Positions 50,939 to 60,567 of a stretch of 64,000 nt of DNA are shown piece by piece. The position numbers and the translations under genes are program-made. Positions within the stretch are counted from its first letter, which is position 1, and each line of letters opens with the position of its first letter. The stretch lies in the IMG/VR virus record IMGVR_UViG_3300013902_000015, positions 661 through 64,660 of that record; one strand, given 5' to 3'. A model generated the notes under the pieces. That model did not search any database, was not told the DNA's origin, and saw nothing but the letters and a program-made list of their open reading frames with translations. Origin of the DNA: a virus. Taxonomy: Duplodnaviria; Caudoviricetes.

Positions 50939-51319
50939 TTATTTCTTCTTGTAGTCATGAATATTGCCGACAATCTCCAATTCACCGTGATAGTCATTGA
51001 CAACCACGCCATAAAGCGGCCATGACTTATCACCTGCTGGCGTGGCGTATTCCACATCAAAGCAATAGCCACGCACGCCATCGACTACATGACCGATGAT
51101 GTTGCCGTTGTGAGCGAGAATATCACCGCCATAAATCTCATGGCCGTTCTTGTCTTTCAGCCCGGTGTTCATTCCGAGTGTACGTTCTTGAACGGTGACG
51201 GCAGCGTTTTCGGGGTCGGTATCATCAAAGATGGCAGGAATGCGACCGTTCCAAACCAAATTACCATGTACCCAGCGGCCAGAACCTACGGCCTTGCCGC
51301 GAAAATCAATGTTTCTCAT
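50939..51319 (-). CDS. YopX-family protein
   Basis: IDFRGK...WVHGNL, TGLKDKNG.EIY.GDIL and EIVGNIHD. Confidence 0.8.
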   Translation of the reverse strand: MRNIDFRGKAVGSGRWVHGNLVWNGRIPAIFDDTDPENAAVTVQERTLGMNTGLKDKNGHEIYGGDILAHNGNIIGHVVDGVRGYCFDVEYATPAGDKSWPLYGVVVNDYHGELEIVGNIHDYKKK

Positions 51320-51340
51320 TGTCCCTTTCTTTTAAGTTAT

Positions 51341-51508
51341 TTATTCAGAGTCAAGTTCCAAGATGTCCTCCACCCTGTGAATTTCTGTATCAACTTTTCT
51401 TTCCAACGCCATGCTATTAGTCAAAGCATCATGTGAGCGGAGTCTGAAATAGTCTTTCTGTGCCGTGCGCATTTCACGCACAAGCATGAAGAATGATTTA
51501 GCGTCCAT
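51341..51508 (-). CDS. 55-aa hypothetical protein (not in ORF track)
   Basis: MDAKSFFMLVREMRTAQKDYFRLRSHDALTNSMALERKVDTEIHRVEDILELDSE. TAATG overlap with the upstream gene. Confidence 0.6.
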   Translation of the reverse strand: MDAKSFFMLVREMRTAQKDYFRLRSHDALTNSMALERKVDTEIHRVEDILELDSE

Positions 51509-52365
51509 TATCTTCTGCTGCTACCTTTAAGTGGAATTACGTTGTAAGTTTTGAAGCGGTCAACCAGTCGGCCGAAGCCGTCATTGCGGTTGAACCGCTT
51601 TTCGAGAGCCTTGGAGTCAAGGTTGGTAGTGAGGTGGGCGTACTTGTTATACTGCGTCCAAATCTCGTTGCGAGCGTGCAGGAACTCATCTGTTAACAAT
51701 CCAGTGTCCATGCCGAAGAATGTGCGGTCCTGAATGCCGATGTCGTTGAGGCACACGTTTTCGGGTTTGCACTGGAAACCCCGGCTTTCCTCCTCGTGGT
51801 AGGTGAAACGGTCGAGATTGTTGTGGATGGTGTAGTAGTTGACCATCTGCGTGACCGAGAGGTTCCAGAAGAAGCGAGGGTTGTTAGTGCGGCGCAGGTA
51901 CTCGCTGAAGATTTGCATGAGGAGCGTCTTACCGACACCCACACCGCCCTGTATGAGGAGGTTCTTGTGGAGCTTGTAGCCACGACCGGGAAACACGTCC
52001 TCAGCCAAAGGGCAGTTGTTGAAGTAGTAGAGCAGGAAGCGCAGCACGTCACGGTTGTTGTCATCGATGATGAACTTGCGCCTTTGCGGAGCAAGCACAA
52101 CAGAGTTGGCAATGTAGATGACAAATGCGCTATGAGCCGAATACACTTCGGGGTCGGCAAGGTTGTAAGACTGCTTGCGAGCCTTTTCCGCCTCCTCACG
52201 AAACCGCAGGGCTATATCATGGAGAGAAACCCAAGGGGCGGCATTCTTGCGCTCGTTGCGGCACGCTTGGAGAACACAAGCGTCCCAATCGACATTACCA
52301 GTGGGACGTTTGCCGTGCTTGGCAAGTTCGTCGATGAGGGTTTGGGGGTATGGTTTGCTATTCAT
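51508..52365 (-). CDS. DnaC/IstB-like AAA+ ATPase (helicase loader)
   Basis: GGVGVGKT Walker A, CLNDIG, HLTTNL and RLVDRF. Follows the initiator gene. Confidence 0.75.
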   Translation of the reverse strand: MNSKPYPQTLIDELAKHGKRPTGNVDWDACVLQACRNERKNAAPWVSLHDIALRFREEAEKARKQSYNLADPEVYSAHSAFVIYIANSVVLAPQRRKFIIDDNNRDVLRFLLYYFNNCPLAEDVFPGRGYKLHKNLLIQGGVGVGKTLLMQIFSEYLRRTNNPRFFWNLSVTQMVNYYTIHNNLDRFTYHEEESRGFQCKPENVCLNDIGIQDRTFFGMDTGLLTDEFLHARNEIWTQYNKYAHLTTNLDSKALEKRFNRNDGFGRLVDRFKTYNVIPLKGSSRR

Positions 52366-52376
52366 AACTCAAAAGA

Positions 52377-52982
52377 TTAAATGTCCTGCCCACCGAAACC
52401 ACCATTGAACTCATAGGACGGAGGCGACAATTCGTCATCAGTGTCGGCTCGCTCAACAGGCGGATAAGCCTTGCGCGACCACGACATGAAATGCCGTTTT
52501 GCATCACCCAAGTCCTTGTGGGGCTTACCCTCAAACTCACACTGGCAGTGGTTGAGGAAAGCGTCAAGTCGCTTGGAGAAGTCTTCGGGGCTGATATGGA
52601 ACTGCATACATACAGGCTCGTTCCATGTGCGGTCGTCACGAAGTTGGTCAATCTCCTGCCGGAGAGTGAGCGTGTAGTCGGACGATGACGCAGGGACTTC
52701 GCCCTTGCTCTTGGCAGACGAGGCAGCTTTGCCTTTCTTCGGACGACCGCCAAGTTTGCCGAACTTTTTGCCATTCTCCTTGCGTTCGATGCTCGCGTCA
52801 ATGTTAGGCTTGACAAGTATAAACACCCCTTGGGCAATGTCGGAAAGTCCCTTTGGCTCTTTGCCGTTAAGTGCATACTCAACGAGCGAAGGATAGACCT
52901 CAGCCTGTACCTCGGGAGGCATAAGGCTGATAGCCTCGAAGAAACTGCGATAGAAAACAAAACTGTCTCGTGCCATAATCAA
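52377..52982 (-). CDS. Replication initiator-like protein (DUF6291-like)
   Basis: RDSFVFYRSFFEAI...YALNG.EP...ENGKK.G..GGRPKK. Confidence 0.7.
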   Translation of the reverse strand: MIMARDSFVFYRSFFEAISLMPPEVQAEVYPSLVEYALNGKEPKGLSDIAQGVFILVKPNIDASIERKENGKKFGKLGGRPKKGKAASSAKSKGEVPASSSDYTLTLRQEIDQLRDDRTWNEPVCMQFHISPEDFSKRLDAFLNHCQCEFEGKPHKDLGDAKRHFMSWSRKAYPPVERADTDDELSPPSYEFNGGFGGQDI

Positions 52983-53362
52983 ACCTCTTTTATGCGGATG
53001 CCATGAACGTGGAGCATGAGTTTCCGCTTGATGATATACTCTTTTGTGCGAACGCCCTTGGTGTCCTCAACCACGGTTTGCCCGGTAGCCTTGTCGGTAT
53101 AGACGAAATCGGCAATGTAGCGGCAGGAACGCTCGAGGAGAACGCGAGTGGCGCATCCCTTGAAATCCTTGCCACACTCGCCATACTGGGCAGGTATCAA
53201 CTCATAGGGGACTTGCTCCCGGAGGTCGGTGATAAGTCCGGCACGCTCCATGAGACGGAGTTGGGCTGCGCGGTAGTGTTCCTTTTTGGAAGCATGACCG
53301 CCGACACGCTGATTACCGTACTTATTCCGGCCTTGGAAAGCATATTGTGAGAACTTAGCCAT
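52979..53362 (-). CDS. DUF1064-like endonuclease (resolvase-like)
   Basis: NKYGN...SKKE...LREQVPYEL...YIADFVY...VEDTKG. Confidence 0.75.
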   Translation of the reverse strand: MAKFSQYAFQGRNKYGNQRVGGHASKKEHYRAAQLRLMERAGLITDLREQVPYELIPAQYGECGKDFKGCATRVLLERSCRYIADFVYTDKATGQTVVEDTKGVRTKEYIIKRKLMLHVHGIRIKEV

Positions 53363-53801
53363 TGCTTGATGTATTAACCTTGTAGCGGAACAAATCCATA
53401 ATCTTGGTTTCGTCAAGTGTGGCAATCTCGTAGTCCATGACAGAACCTTTCATGTGCTCAACTACACAGATGTGAGCGTTGTCAATACTGGAAGCACGGA
53501 CAATGAAATAAACCGCCTGTTTCTTCTCTTTGCCCGACTTCTCATCAAGCGTGATGAAAACGAGTTTTGCCTTGAACCATTTGTCGGCTTTGGACAACCC
53601 CTCTACAATCTCGGAGTAGTTGGTGCGTTTGATGGTGACCACATCAAAATCGCCAGAAATGTACGGTTGCATTTCCTGTGTGATACGTCCCTCAGCCTCT
53701 GCAAACGAGCAAGCATCAACAAGGTACAACTCGGTGACTTTCTTTGTCATTCCGTTGTCCGCAGTCTTCTCGTAGCGAACACCACATTCATAGAGTATCA
53801 T
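53355..53801 (-). CDS. DUF4494-like protein
   Basis: YECGVRYEK...KVTELYLVDACSFAEAE...YEIATLDETKIMDLF. Confidence 0.7.
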   Translation of the reverse strand: MILYECGVRYEKTADNGMTKKVTELYLVDACSFAEAEGRITQEMQPYISGDFDVVTIKRTNYSEIVEGLSKADKWFKAKLVFITLDEKSGKEKKQAVYFIVRASSIDNAHICVVEHMKGSVMDYEIATLDETKIMDLFRYKVNTSSNG

Positions 53802-54097
53802 ACGGCTGCCTCCTTTCCTGCTTCAGTGTTGAGAACCTTAACCAAGTCCTTGCTAATGCGGAACTTTGCCGACTTGTGGGCAGGGACAGTGATTGCTTCG
53901 CCAGTCTTGATGTTGCGTGCAGGACGCTCCTTGCAGTCAATGGGCTGGAACGTGCCGAAGCCACGGATAATAACAGGCTCACCCTTGGCGAGTGTTTCCT
54001 TGATTACACGGAGAATGCCGTCAACGGCTTGGAATGTTGTTGAGAGGTGGAGTTTCTCTGAAACCGCAACCTCTTTTGCCAATTCATTTTTTGTCAT
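53798..54097 (-). CDS. HU-family DNA-binding protein
   Basis: MTKNEL...LAKGEPVIIRGFGTF...RPARNIKTGEAITVPAHK..KFR.SK.L. Confidence 0.9.
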   Translation of the reverse strand: MTKNELAKEVAVSEKLHLSTTFQAVDGILRVIKETLAKGEPVIIRGFGTFQPIDCKERPARNIKTGEAITVPAHKSAKFRISKDLVKVLNTEAGKEAAV

Positions 54098-54248
54098 GAT
54101 TGAGTTTGATTTTTAATTTGTTTGTTAATTGGGTTATCATGTAAGCACGGCACTTGCATTTCTGCATTGGCAATGCTTCATAAATCTTCGCAGCCTCATC
54201 GAGGTAGGAAATGACCTTTTGAAGGTCGGTTTTGCAGAGGTCAGCCAT
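54084..54248 (-). CDS. Small hypothetical protein
   Basis: MADLCKTDLQKVISYL..., filling the gap between the helicase and HU genes. Confidence 0.5.
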   Translation of the reverse strand: MADLCKTDLQKVISYLDEAAKIYEALPMQKCKCRAYMITQLTNKLKIKLNHDKK

Positions 54249-55710
54249 CGTCATGCGGATTAAGGAACAGACTTGCAAGTTCATCGAAGTACATTTCATC
54301 CTGCGGAATGTCGTCATCGGTGGCCATAATTTGGTTTGCGATGGACTTCTTCTTGTGGATGATTGCGTAGAGTGTGCGGTCGATAGTGCCACGGCCAAGG
54401 AGGTAGTAGCACGTCACGTTGTCCTTTTGCCCTATGCGGTGAGCACGGTCTTCGCACTGGCAACAATCGGCATAGGTCCATGGAAATTCAACGAAAGCCA
54501 CATTGGAGGAAGCCGTGAGCGTAAGGCCGACACCAGCCGCCTTGATGGAGCAGACGATGAGTTGCGCCTTGCCAGACTGGAAAGCATCAACAGCCGCCTG
54601 TTTCATCATCATGGAGTCGCGCCCAGTGACGGACACAGCCTGTGGGAACGCTTTCTTTATCTCGTCCACAATCTCATGCAAGGAGCAGAAGAGAATGAGC
54701 GGTTTGCCGTTGGCGAGGAACGTGCGCGTGAAGTCGATGGCCTGTTTCACTTTACCTTTGGCAGAGAGCGAGCGCAGCGTCATGAACTTGACCAGAGCCT
54801 CCATGCGCATCTTTCTGCGAATGTCTATGTCATCGCACTCGGTGTAGGTGCGCAGATATTCGGCAAGGTCTTGCTCTGCCAGCATATACTCGTCACGGTT
54901 GGAAATGTCCACGATGAGGTCGGTGCGTGTCTTGTCGGGCAACTGCGTGAGAACCTTTGCCTTTTCTCGGCGTATCATGCAACGCGAGTAGAGTTCGGCA
55001 GACAGGCGTTCGAGGTTGCGTGGAGCGTCCTCTTCCTCCTTGTTGCGCCTCTCTTTTGTAATCTCGCCACCGCCAAATTCGGCAAGGAACTTGGAACGTC
55101 CGCCAAACTCGGACAGCCGCCCCATGATGGAGAGCTGTGCTATGAGGTCGGCAGGACGATTGACGACAGGCGTACCAGAGAGGAGAATGCGATATTCCTT
55201 GCCCTCGGCAATGCCACGCGCAAAGATGGTCTGCTGTGCGGAGGGGCCTTTGACACGGTGGCTTTCGTCAATGATGATGGAACGGAACAGTTTTATGTCG
55301 GGCGTGAAAACCACGTCTTTCAGGCGGAAACCGCCACGCGAGCCGCCCTTGATGTCCCAAACGAAATACTTGCGCAGACTTTCGTAATTGACAATCGCCA
55401 CCTGCTGCATACCCATCTTGAGGAGATACGGCCATGTGGTCATTACCGCATTGTCGAGGACGAGGGCGTGCTTGTCGGTGAACTTCTCGAACTCACGCTG
55501 CCAGTTGATTTTGAGCGAGGACGGACAGATGACCAAGCAGGGGTAAGCGTTGGCGCAGTCCACGACACCGATGCTTTGGAGCGTCTTGCCAAGTCCCGGC
55601 TCGTCACCGATAAGGAAACGATGCCAGCGCAGCCCGGCAAGAATGCCCTCCTTTTGGTAGTCGTATGGCTCAACACGAAGATGATGTCTTAATATTTCAG
55701 CCATACGCAT
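54241..55710 (-). CDS. SNF2/HARP-like helicase
   Basis: GDEPGLGKT, DESH, LSGTP, GVGLTLT and QCEDRAHRIGQ. Confidence 0.88.
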   Translation of the reverse strand: MRMAEILRHHLRVEPYDYQKEGILAGLRWHRFLIGDEPGLGKTLQSIGVVDCANAYPCLVICPSSLKINWQREFEKFTDKHALVLDNAVMTTWPYLLKMGMQQVAIVNYESLRKYFVWDIKGGSRGGFRLKDVVFTPDIKLFRSIIIDESHRVKGPSAQQTIFARGIAEGKEYRILLSGTPVVNRPADLIAQLSIMGRLSEFGGRSKFLAEFGGGEITKERRNKEEEDAPRNLERLSAELYSRCMIRREKAKVLTQLPDKTRTDLIVDISNRDEYMLAEQDLAEYLRTYTECDDIDIRRKMRMEALVKFMTLRSLSAKGKVKQAIDFTRTFLANGKPLILFCSLHEIVDEIKKAFPQAVSVTGRDSMMMKQAAVDAFQSGKAQLIVCSIKAAGVGLTLTASSNVAFVEFPWTYADCCQCEDRAHRIGQKDNVTCYYLLGRGTIDRTLYAIIHKKKSIANQIMATDDDIPQDEMYFDELASLFLNPHDDG

Positions 55711-55957
55711 TGAGTTTGTGGGTAGATAGCGTTATGTCGTAGCCTTGGCGAAATGCTTGCTTGCGCAGGTCTATGCAGTTCAAATGGCAGTGGCGAGCCT
55801 CCTTTGTCTGAGCACCCATGCCAGAGGACGAGCGCACACCGTTCTTCATGCCACCGCAGGTGTAGCCATACTGTCCAGACCATACGGCAAAGGGACACAT
55901 ACGCCTCAGCCGTTTAAGCAGACTGACCTGTGCGGTTTGTGATAATATCTTGCTCAT
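55697..55957 (-). CDS. Hypothetical protein
   Basis: 86-aa ORF in operon context. Confidence 0.5.
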   Translation of the reverse strand: MSKILSQTAQVSLLKRLRRMCPFAVWSGQYGYTCGGMKNGVRSSSGMGAQTKEARHCHLNCIDLRKQAFRQGYDITLSTHKLNAYG

Positions 55958-55984
55958 AACTATATTCGTTTTCTGTGGTTGAAC

Positions 55985-56659
55985 TTATTGGAGGTTGAAG
56001 CACCAGTATTGGAATGCGAGTTCCTCGTACTTCTCGCGTCCGCGAGTGTAGATGTCATCGCCCCGGTTGATGAACTTTTTGAAGATGCGGCAGTTCTTCT
56101 TGCTGATGGCATAGATGAAGTCGCGATCGGAATGTGCGATGTCCATATACCAAGCGCGGGAGCGGTCCCAGTCGAAGAAATCGACAGCGTTGTCGAACTC
56201 CGCTTGCGTTGAGGCAAACGTGGTCTTTAGGTCGCCACCGAAATGAGCGGACGGAAGCCACCAGTCCCACTTGCAGCGTGTGTCAAGACAGAAACAGAAA
56301 CCGCCATTGGAGAACTCCTGCTGCTTGTTGACCATGAACCGCTGTGTGTCGGACAACTCCAGCACCTTAGCAAGGAAAGGGTCTCTGCGAGCCTCGGCAC
56401 GGAGCGCACGCTGCATTTCGCGAGCATGGAGGAACTCCTCCTCGGAGCACGGCTCACCGTCAATCGTCATGTGGAGAAAGTCCACGCGCGAGGGTTCGGT
56501 GATGATGGCATCTACGATAGAGCCAAAGCGGAAAGCCGCCTCACGGTCGCCATACTGCATGTGAGGGTGTAGCAGGTTCTTCAGTTCAGTAAGGTCAGAG
56601 TTGCTGACCTCACTGCGCTGATAGTATGCGTCCGGGTTGTTAATCTTCGTCATAGTCAT
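55985..56659 (-). CDS. PD-(D/E)XK exonuclease (RecE/DUF3799-like)
   Basis: From MTMTKINNPDAYY...VSNSDL; FGSIVDA, RCKWDWW...DLKTT and SRAWY. Lies near recT. Confidence 0.7.
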   Translation of the reverse strand: MTMTKINNPDAYYQRSEVSNSDLTELKNLLHPHMQYGDREAAFRFGSIVDAIITEPSRVDFLHMTIDGEPCSEEEFLHAREMQRALRAEARRDPFLAKVLELSDTQRFMVNKQQEFSNGGFCFCLDTRCKWDWWLPSAHFGGDLKTTFASTQAEFDNAVDFFDWDRSRAWYMDIAHSDRDFIYAISKKNCRIFKKFINRGDDIYTRGREKYEELAFQYWCFNLQ

Positions 56660-56951
56660 CGTAATCGGGTTCATATTCCACTTCTCCCTCACCACCGCAC
56701 ACCTCACAAGTTTCCATTTCGCCCTTGCAGTAGTGCTGGCCACGAGCGATAGCCTCGTCTTCATCTTCGGGCAGGAGGTTGAAGGTCTGTTCGGTACATT
56801 CCATTTCGTTGCCAGTGTTGATATCGTAGGCATGGTAGTGGTAGCCTTTGCCACCACAGGCTGCACACTCGACATAAGTAGGCTCACGTTCATTCCATGG
56901 GGCGCGAGGGTCGTATTCAGCCCCAGCAGGATAATATCCACTTTCGTACAT
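56640..56951 (-). CDS. Small acidic protein with two CxxCxGxG motifs
   Basis: CAACGGKG and CEVCGGEG. Confidence 0.6.
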   Translation of the reverse strand: MYESGYYPAGAEYDPRAPWNEREPTYVECAACGGKGYHYHAYDINTGNEMECTEQTFNLLPEDEDEAIARGQHYCKGEMETCEVCGGEGEVEYEPDYDDYDED

Positions 56952-56953
56952 AG

Positions 56954-58174
56954 TTACTTGGCTTTAACTTCGTCCTCGTAGGTGATGGACGATGAATTGA
57001 TAAATTCGGGGTGGTCTTTGTCGTTGGCCACTTTCTCACAGTAGGTAATCTGTTTCTTGAAAGTCTTGGCAAGGTCTTCAACAGACAGGAACTTGCCCTC
57101 CTTAGCCCACCAAAACGACACGGCAGCGATGATGCCCTCCGGGTCGTGGAACACCATACGCTTCTTGACGGAAGTCTTTGGCTGATAGCCAGCAGGAGCA
57201 ACCACGGATTGCTGACCGAAGAGACTGCCCAGTTCGGAAGCCTCGGCTTGCATCTTCTTCTTTGCGGCTTCCTCTTCCTCCTTGCGTTTACGTTCTGTCT
57301 CAATGCGCTTTGCCTCGGCTTCTTCGCGTGCTTTCAGTTCAGCAGCCATGCGTGCTTTCTCTTCCTCGTTGGCTTTCTGCATACGTTCAAGTTCGGCTTT
57401 CTTAGAGGGAAGAGCGTCCATGATGTTGTCGCGGTAGTCGCCCACCTCAAACTGGTATTGCTTGGCGAACTGCTCCATGAGTTTGAGGGCAATGGACGTG
57501 CGCACCTCACGGAGTTTGTCCTGCATGTCGGAAATCTCGGCAGGAATGCGGACATTGGAGGGTGTCTTTGTTGTCCAGTTCTGCGGCAGGGCAACAGAAA
57601 ACTCCTTGATGGCACGGCACTGCGCCTCGTAGTTGTCAAGCGTCACATTGGCATTGAGGTCAGTAAGAGCATTGATGGACTGTGCCGTGTAAGTGTTGAA
57701 CGACCGCTTGTAGTCGTCCTCCACTTCCTGCTTGTAGCGGTTGAACGCTTGCTCACGCTGTTGGCGGAGCAACTCTTCCCTGCGTCTGCGCTCCTCCTCT
57801 GCACGTTTGCGAGCGGCATAGGCATTGCGAGCCTGTTGTATTTGGTAAGGCACAGAGTCTGTCTTGGTTGGGTCGATGGAGTTTTCCATGCCAGTAAACT
57901 CACTGCGTATCTGGTCAAAGAGTTTGGTGATGGCTGAACGGTTGGTGTTCATTTTCTTCACCGTGTTCTTGGCCTTGGTGATATAAGTGGCGCACTGCAT
58001 ATCCAGTTCGTCATTCATTCCATGCTCATTGATTTGTGCAAGGAGACGCTTGCCGTAGTCGTTGCAACGCTGGCAAGAGAGCGTGTTGTCTTGATAAATC
58101 TGTGGCGCGGACTGCGCTATCATCTGCACATTCTCCTTGCGGACAATGGCTAAATCTGTTGTTTGTTCACTCAT
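56954..58174 (-). CDS. Coiled-coil hypothetical protein (recombination module)
   Basis: 406 aa between RecT and the exonuclease. Confidence 0.6.
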   Translation of the reverse strand: MSEQTTDLAIVRKENVQMIAQSAPQIYQDNTLSCQRCNDYGKRLLAQINEHGMNDELDMQCATYITKAKNTVKKMNTNRSAITKLFDQIRSEFTGMENSIDPTKTDSVPYQIQQARNAYAARKRAEEERRRREELLRQQREQAFNRYKQEVEDDYKRSFNTYTAQSINALTDLNANVTLDNYEAQCRAIKEFSVALPQNWTTKTPSNVRIPAEISDMQDKLREVRTSIALKLMEQFAKQYQFEVGDYRDNIMDALPSKKAELERMQKANEEEKARMAAELKAREEAEAKRIETERKRKEEEEAAKKKMQAEASELGSLFGQQSVVAPAGYQPKTSVKKRMVFHDPEGIIAAVSFWWAKEGKFLSVEDLAKTFKKQITYCEKVANDKDHPEFINSSSITYEDEVKAK

Positions 58175-58197
58175 AGTCGTTTCTTGTTTAGGTTTTG

Positions 58198-59202
58198 TTA
58201 GAATGTGTCGTCATCATCGGCTGCCGCAGGGTCAACGGTAACACCTGCCGACGTGTCGGAGGCAGGGGCAAAAGACTGTTCCTGTGGCTTGACAATCTCG
58301 CCAGTAGTAGTGTCCACCTGTTCGCCATCAGCGGTGATGCCGTAGAGATCGTCATTGATTTCAACATTGTCAACCTGCTGTGACTCCAGTTGCGTGCCAC
58401 GACCGATACGCGCCTTGGGGTAGGTCTTGAAAGCGTGCTTGATGCACTTGGCCACAAGGAAACCGGGGTCAATATTACCGCCCTGTGCGGTGTAGAGGGC
58501 ATTGGGTTTGCCGTTCTCCCACTGCTTGGTTTGATAGTTGAACTTGGCGTTCTGACGAGCCGAGTAGTTGGATAGACGCTCCCAGTCCTCTGGAAGCATG
58601 ACAGCGTAGTCGGCCGAGCCGTCAGCGCGTGTAATCTTCATGAAACAAGACACTATGCGCCCAGGCTGGTGAGGGAGGCGGCAGGTATAGTTGACGAATT
58701 TCTGCCCATTGCGCTCACCATACTCGAAAGTGTCCTCTTCATAGACAATGACAGGGTTGTCGGCATGACGTATCTGACCGCAGCGTGCGCGAAGCACCAG
58801 CTCGCCATAGCCAGAAACGGTGAGAACACACTGCGTCTCGTAGCGGTTCTTCTTCTGTCCGCGCTCGTCCATATAGGAGTCCACGGCAATAGAGCGTGCG
58901 AGGAGGTAGGCTTGCGCCTTGGTGCCGGGGTCGAGAGTGAGGCCAGAGATAGCCACATCAAGGAACGATGTGAAGAGGGAGAAGTGAGTGCATTTTTTAC
59001 GGATGTCCTCTTTCTCGGAGAGAAGACGGTTGAAGTTGCGAGACTCTTTCTCGTAGGCAGCTTCGCCCGATACGCCTGTGGAGGGTGTCCACATGGCTTC
59101 GTAAATCTGAATGAACTTGTCGCGCACGTTGTCGTCACGCACGATTTCAGTTGGCTGCAACTCGTTGAGCTGCTTGACGGTGATGTCTAATTTATTACTC
59201 AT
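58198..59202 (-). CDS. recT: RecT-family single-strand annealing protein
   Basis: FLDVAISGLTLDP...AYL...GYGELVLRARCGQI pattern, acidic tail, exonuclease neighbour. Confidence 0.75.
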   Translation of the reverse strand: MSNKLDITVKQLNELQPTEIVRDDNVRDKFIQIYEAMWTPSTGVSGEAAYEKESRNFNRLLSEKEDIRKKCTHFSLFTSFLDVAISGLTLDPGTKAQAYLLARSIAVDSYMDERGQKKNRYETQCVLTVSGYGELVLRARCGQIRHADNPVIVYEEDTFEYGERNGQKFVNYTCRLPHQPGRIVSCFMKITRADGSADYAVMLPEDWERLSNYSARQNAKFNYQTKQWENGKPNALYTAQGGNIDPGFLVAKCIKHAFKTYPKARIGRGTQLESQQVDNVEINDDLYGITADGEQVDTTTGEIVKPQEQSFAPASDTSAGVTVDPAAADDDDTF

Positions 59203-59247
59203 AGTTTTGAAATTTGAATGTGATTAAATTTTTATTCATTATGCGAG

Positions 59248-59340
59248 AGCCGCAGGGCGGAGTTGAACCACCTAATGACCAGAACCTTGCTGATAGCCTC
59301 TCATGGTTACGCCTATCCGATTAGCGCATCTATCTGCGGC
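59248..59340 (-). ncRNA. tRNA-like element with non-canonical, extended anticodon arm
   Basis: Acceptor GCCGCAG/CTGCGGC, T arm GGTGG-TTCAACT-CCGCC, D-like GCGC-TAATCGGATAG-GCGT. No 7-nt anticodon loop and no encoded CCA. Confidence 0.55.
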
Positions 59341-59350
59341 AAGTGGCTTG

Positions 59351-59620
59351 CTATCTGAAATAGTCTTGCTGTGTTCTTTGCAAAAGCCGTAGGTCAGCCG
59401 TTCGGTATTCAACTTTTCCGGGTCGCTTGTAGGCTGTCACCTTGCCCTGCTTGCGCCACCGCTCCACGTTACCCCTACCAAACATGGCAAACGCCTTGTT
59501 TTGGCTGATGAATTCGGGGTCGTGTGCGTCCTGCTTCAGCATGTGTACCACCGTAGCGGCCACATCATTGAGGAATGTGGAGTATCTGACGCATTTGTCG
59601 GAGAAGTTAAGCCAGCCCAT
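59351..59620 (-). CDS. Excisionase-like small wHTH protein
   Basis: ISQNKAFAMFGRGNVERWRKQGKV...GKVEYRTADL resembles MerR/Xis-type folds. Confidence 0.5.
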   Translation of the reverse strand: MGWLNFSDKCVRYSTFLNDVAATVVHMLKQDAHDPEFISQNKAFAMFGRGNVERWRKQGKVTAYKRPGKVEYRTADLRLLQRTQQDYFR

Positions 59621-59898
59621 TAGTCTTCGTTATCCTTTAATTGCATGGGGTTAGGTGCGTTGTCTGCTTCTTCACACCACTTGAAGATTGCTTTCAGCCA
59701 TTCGTCCGTTTCTTTCCAGCGAGCAGTAAGGGTAAACATGACGACAAGCAAAATGATTGCAAAAACCTTGTCAAGGACAAAGTGGAGGAGGAACGAGAGT
59801 ATTGCTTCGTCTTGCTCCTCACCGAAGAGGAACAATGTACCGAAACCGCCAAGTATGGTGATGATGGCAATGCGGAGGATTGAAACTGCTTTTTTCAT
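59620..59898 (-). CDS. Small membrane protein
   Basis: Two hydrophobic segments from MKKAVSILRI. Confidence 0.55.
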   Translation of the reverse strand: MKKAVSILRIAIITILGGFGTLFLFGEEQDEAILSFLLHFVLDKVFAIILLVVMFTLTARWKETDEWLKAIFKWCEEADNAPNPMQLKDNED

Positions 59899-60041
59899 TT
59901 CTTTTCTGATTTTTTGATTGGAATATTTGCACATGGTGGAACAACTGCGTGTTCAACGTAGCGATTGAGCAGGGTGCAGTAACAGCCGTTGAGGGCGTTG
60001 TAGGACTGACGGCAAGAGACGCATATCTTGTTGGCCATGGC

Positions 60042-60287
60042 TTAGAAGCATTGAGTGATGCCAAGTTTGGCAAAAGCCTCTTCTTCTGATACTGAGCCGC
60101 GCCAAGCATCGAGATAGTCGTTGATGGCTTGGTCGTTGTTGCGGTCGGCCTGTTCGTTGTAGCCGAACTCCTTGCAGAACGCAGACCAACTGATGCGGTC
60201 GAGTTCCTCGTCAGAGAGGTGAGTTGTAGTGTTGCAGCTGATGAGGCTTGCAAGGAGGAGTGCGGAGGTGATGATTATCTTCTTCAT
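60042..60287 (-). CDS. Small lipoprotein
   Basis: MKKIIITSALLLASLISC lipobox. Confidence 0.65.
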   Translation of the reverse strand: MKKIIITSALLLASLISCNTTTHLSDEELDRISWSAFCKEFGYNEQADRNNDQAINDYLDAWRGSVSEEEAFAKLGITQCF

Positions 60288-60298
60288 TGTTGTATGTG

Positions 60299-60505
60299 TT
60301 AGGAAATTCTTGTTGCTGTGATTGTTCGCTGCTCGCGGTTGGTTGAGGTTGAAAACTTCTTGTCCCACTGCAAACCGAAACTGACACAAATTGATTTGAG
60401 ATAGCTGGAACGACTAACAGGGACTGTCAGTTCTTCACCAACTGCAAGGTCGGAAAGTTGTCCAAGCAGCGATTTTTTACGCTGATTTTTAGATGTTTCG
60501 TTCAT
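60299..60505 (-). CDS. Cro-equivalent small DNA-binding protein (putative)
   Basis: First gene of the early leftward operon, divergent from the repressor. Confidence 0.55.
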   Translation of the reverse strand: MNETSKNQRKKSLLGQLSDLAVGEELTVPVSRSSYLKSICVSFGLQWDKKFSTSTNREQRTITATRIS

Positions 60506-60536
60506 TGTTTCGATATTTATTTATAACTTTATACTG

Positions 60537-60567
60537 CAAAATTACACAATTGCTTAGTTTTAGCAAA
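60537..60567 (-). promoter_or_regulatory. Bacteroidetes primary-sigma promoter for the early operon
   Basis: Minus strand TTTG (60567-60564), N19, TAATTTTG (60544-60537), matching the -33/-7 consensus. Confidence 0.7.

Noticed and set aside
52720-52780. TTTGCC repeats inside the initiator gene as origin iterons
   Set aside because: Too short and explained by Gly-Lys codon repeats.
55985-56941. Track ORF of 318 aa as given
   Set aside because: Its first 94 codons overlap the real CxxC gene in another frame. The credible start is 56659.
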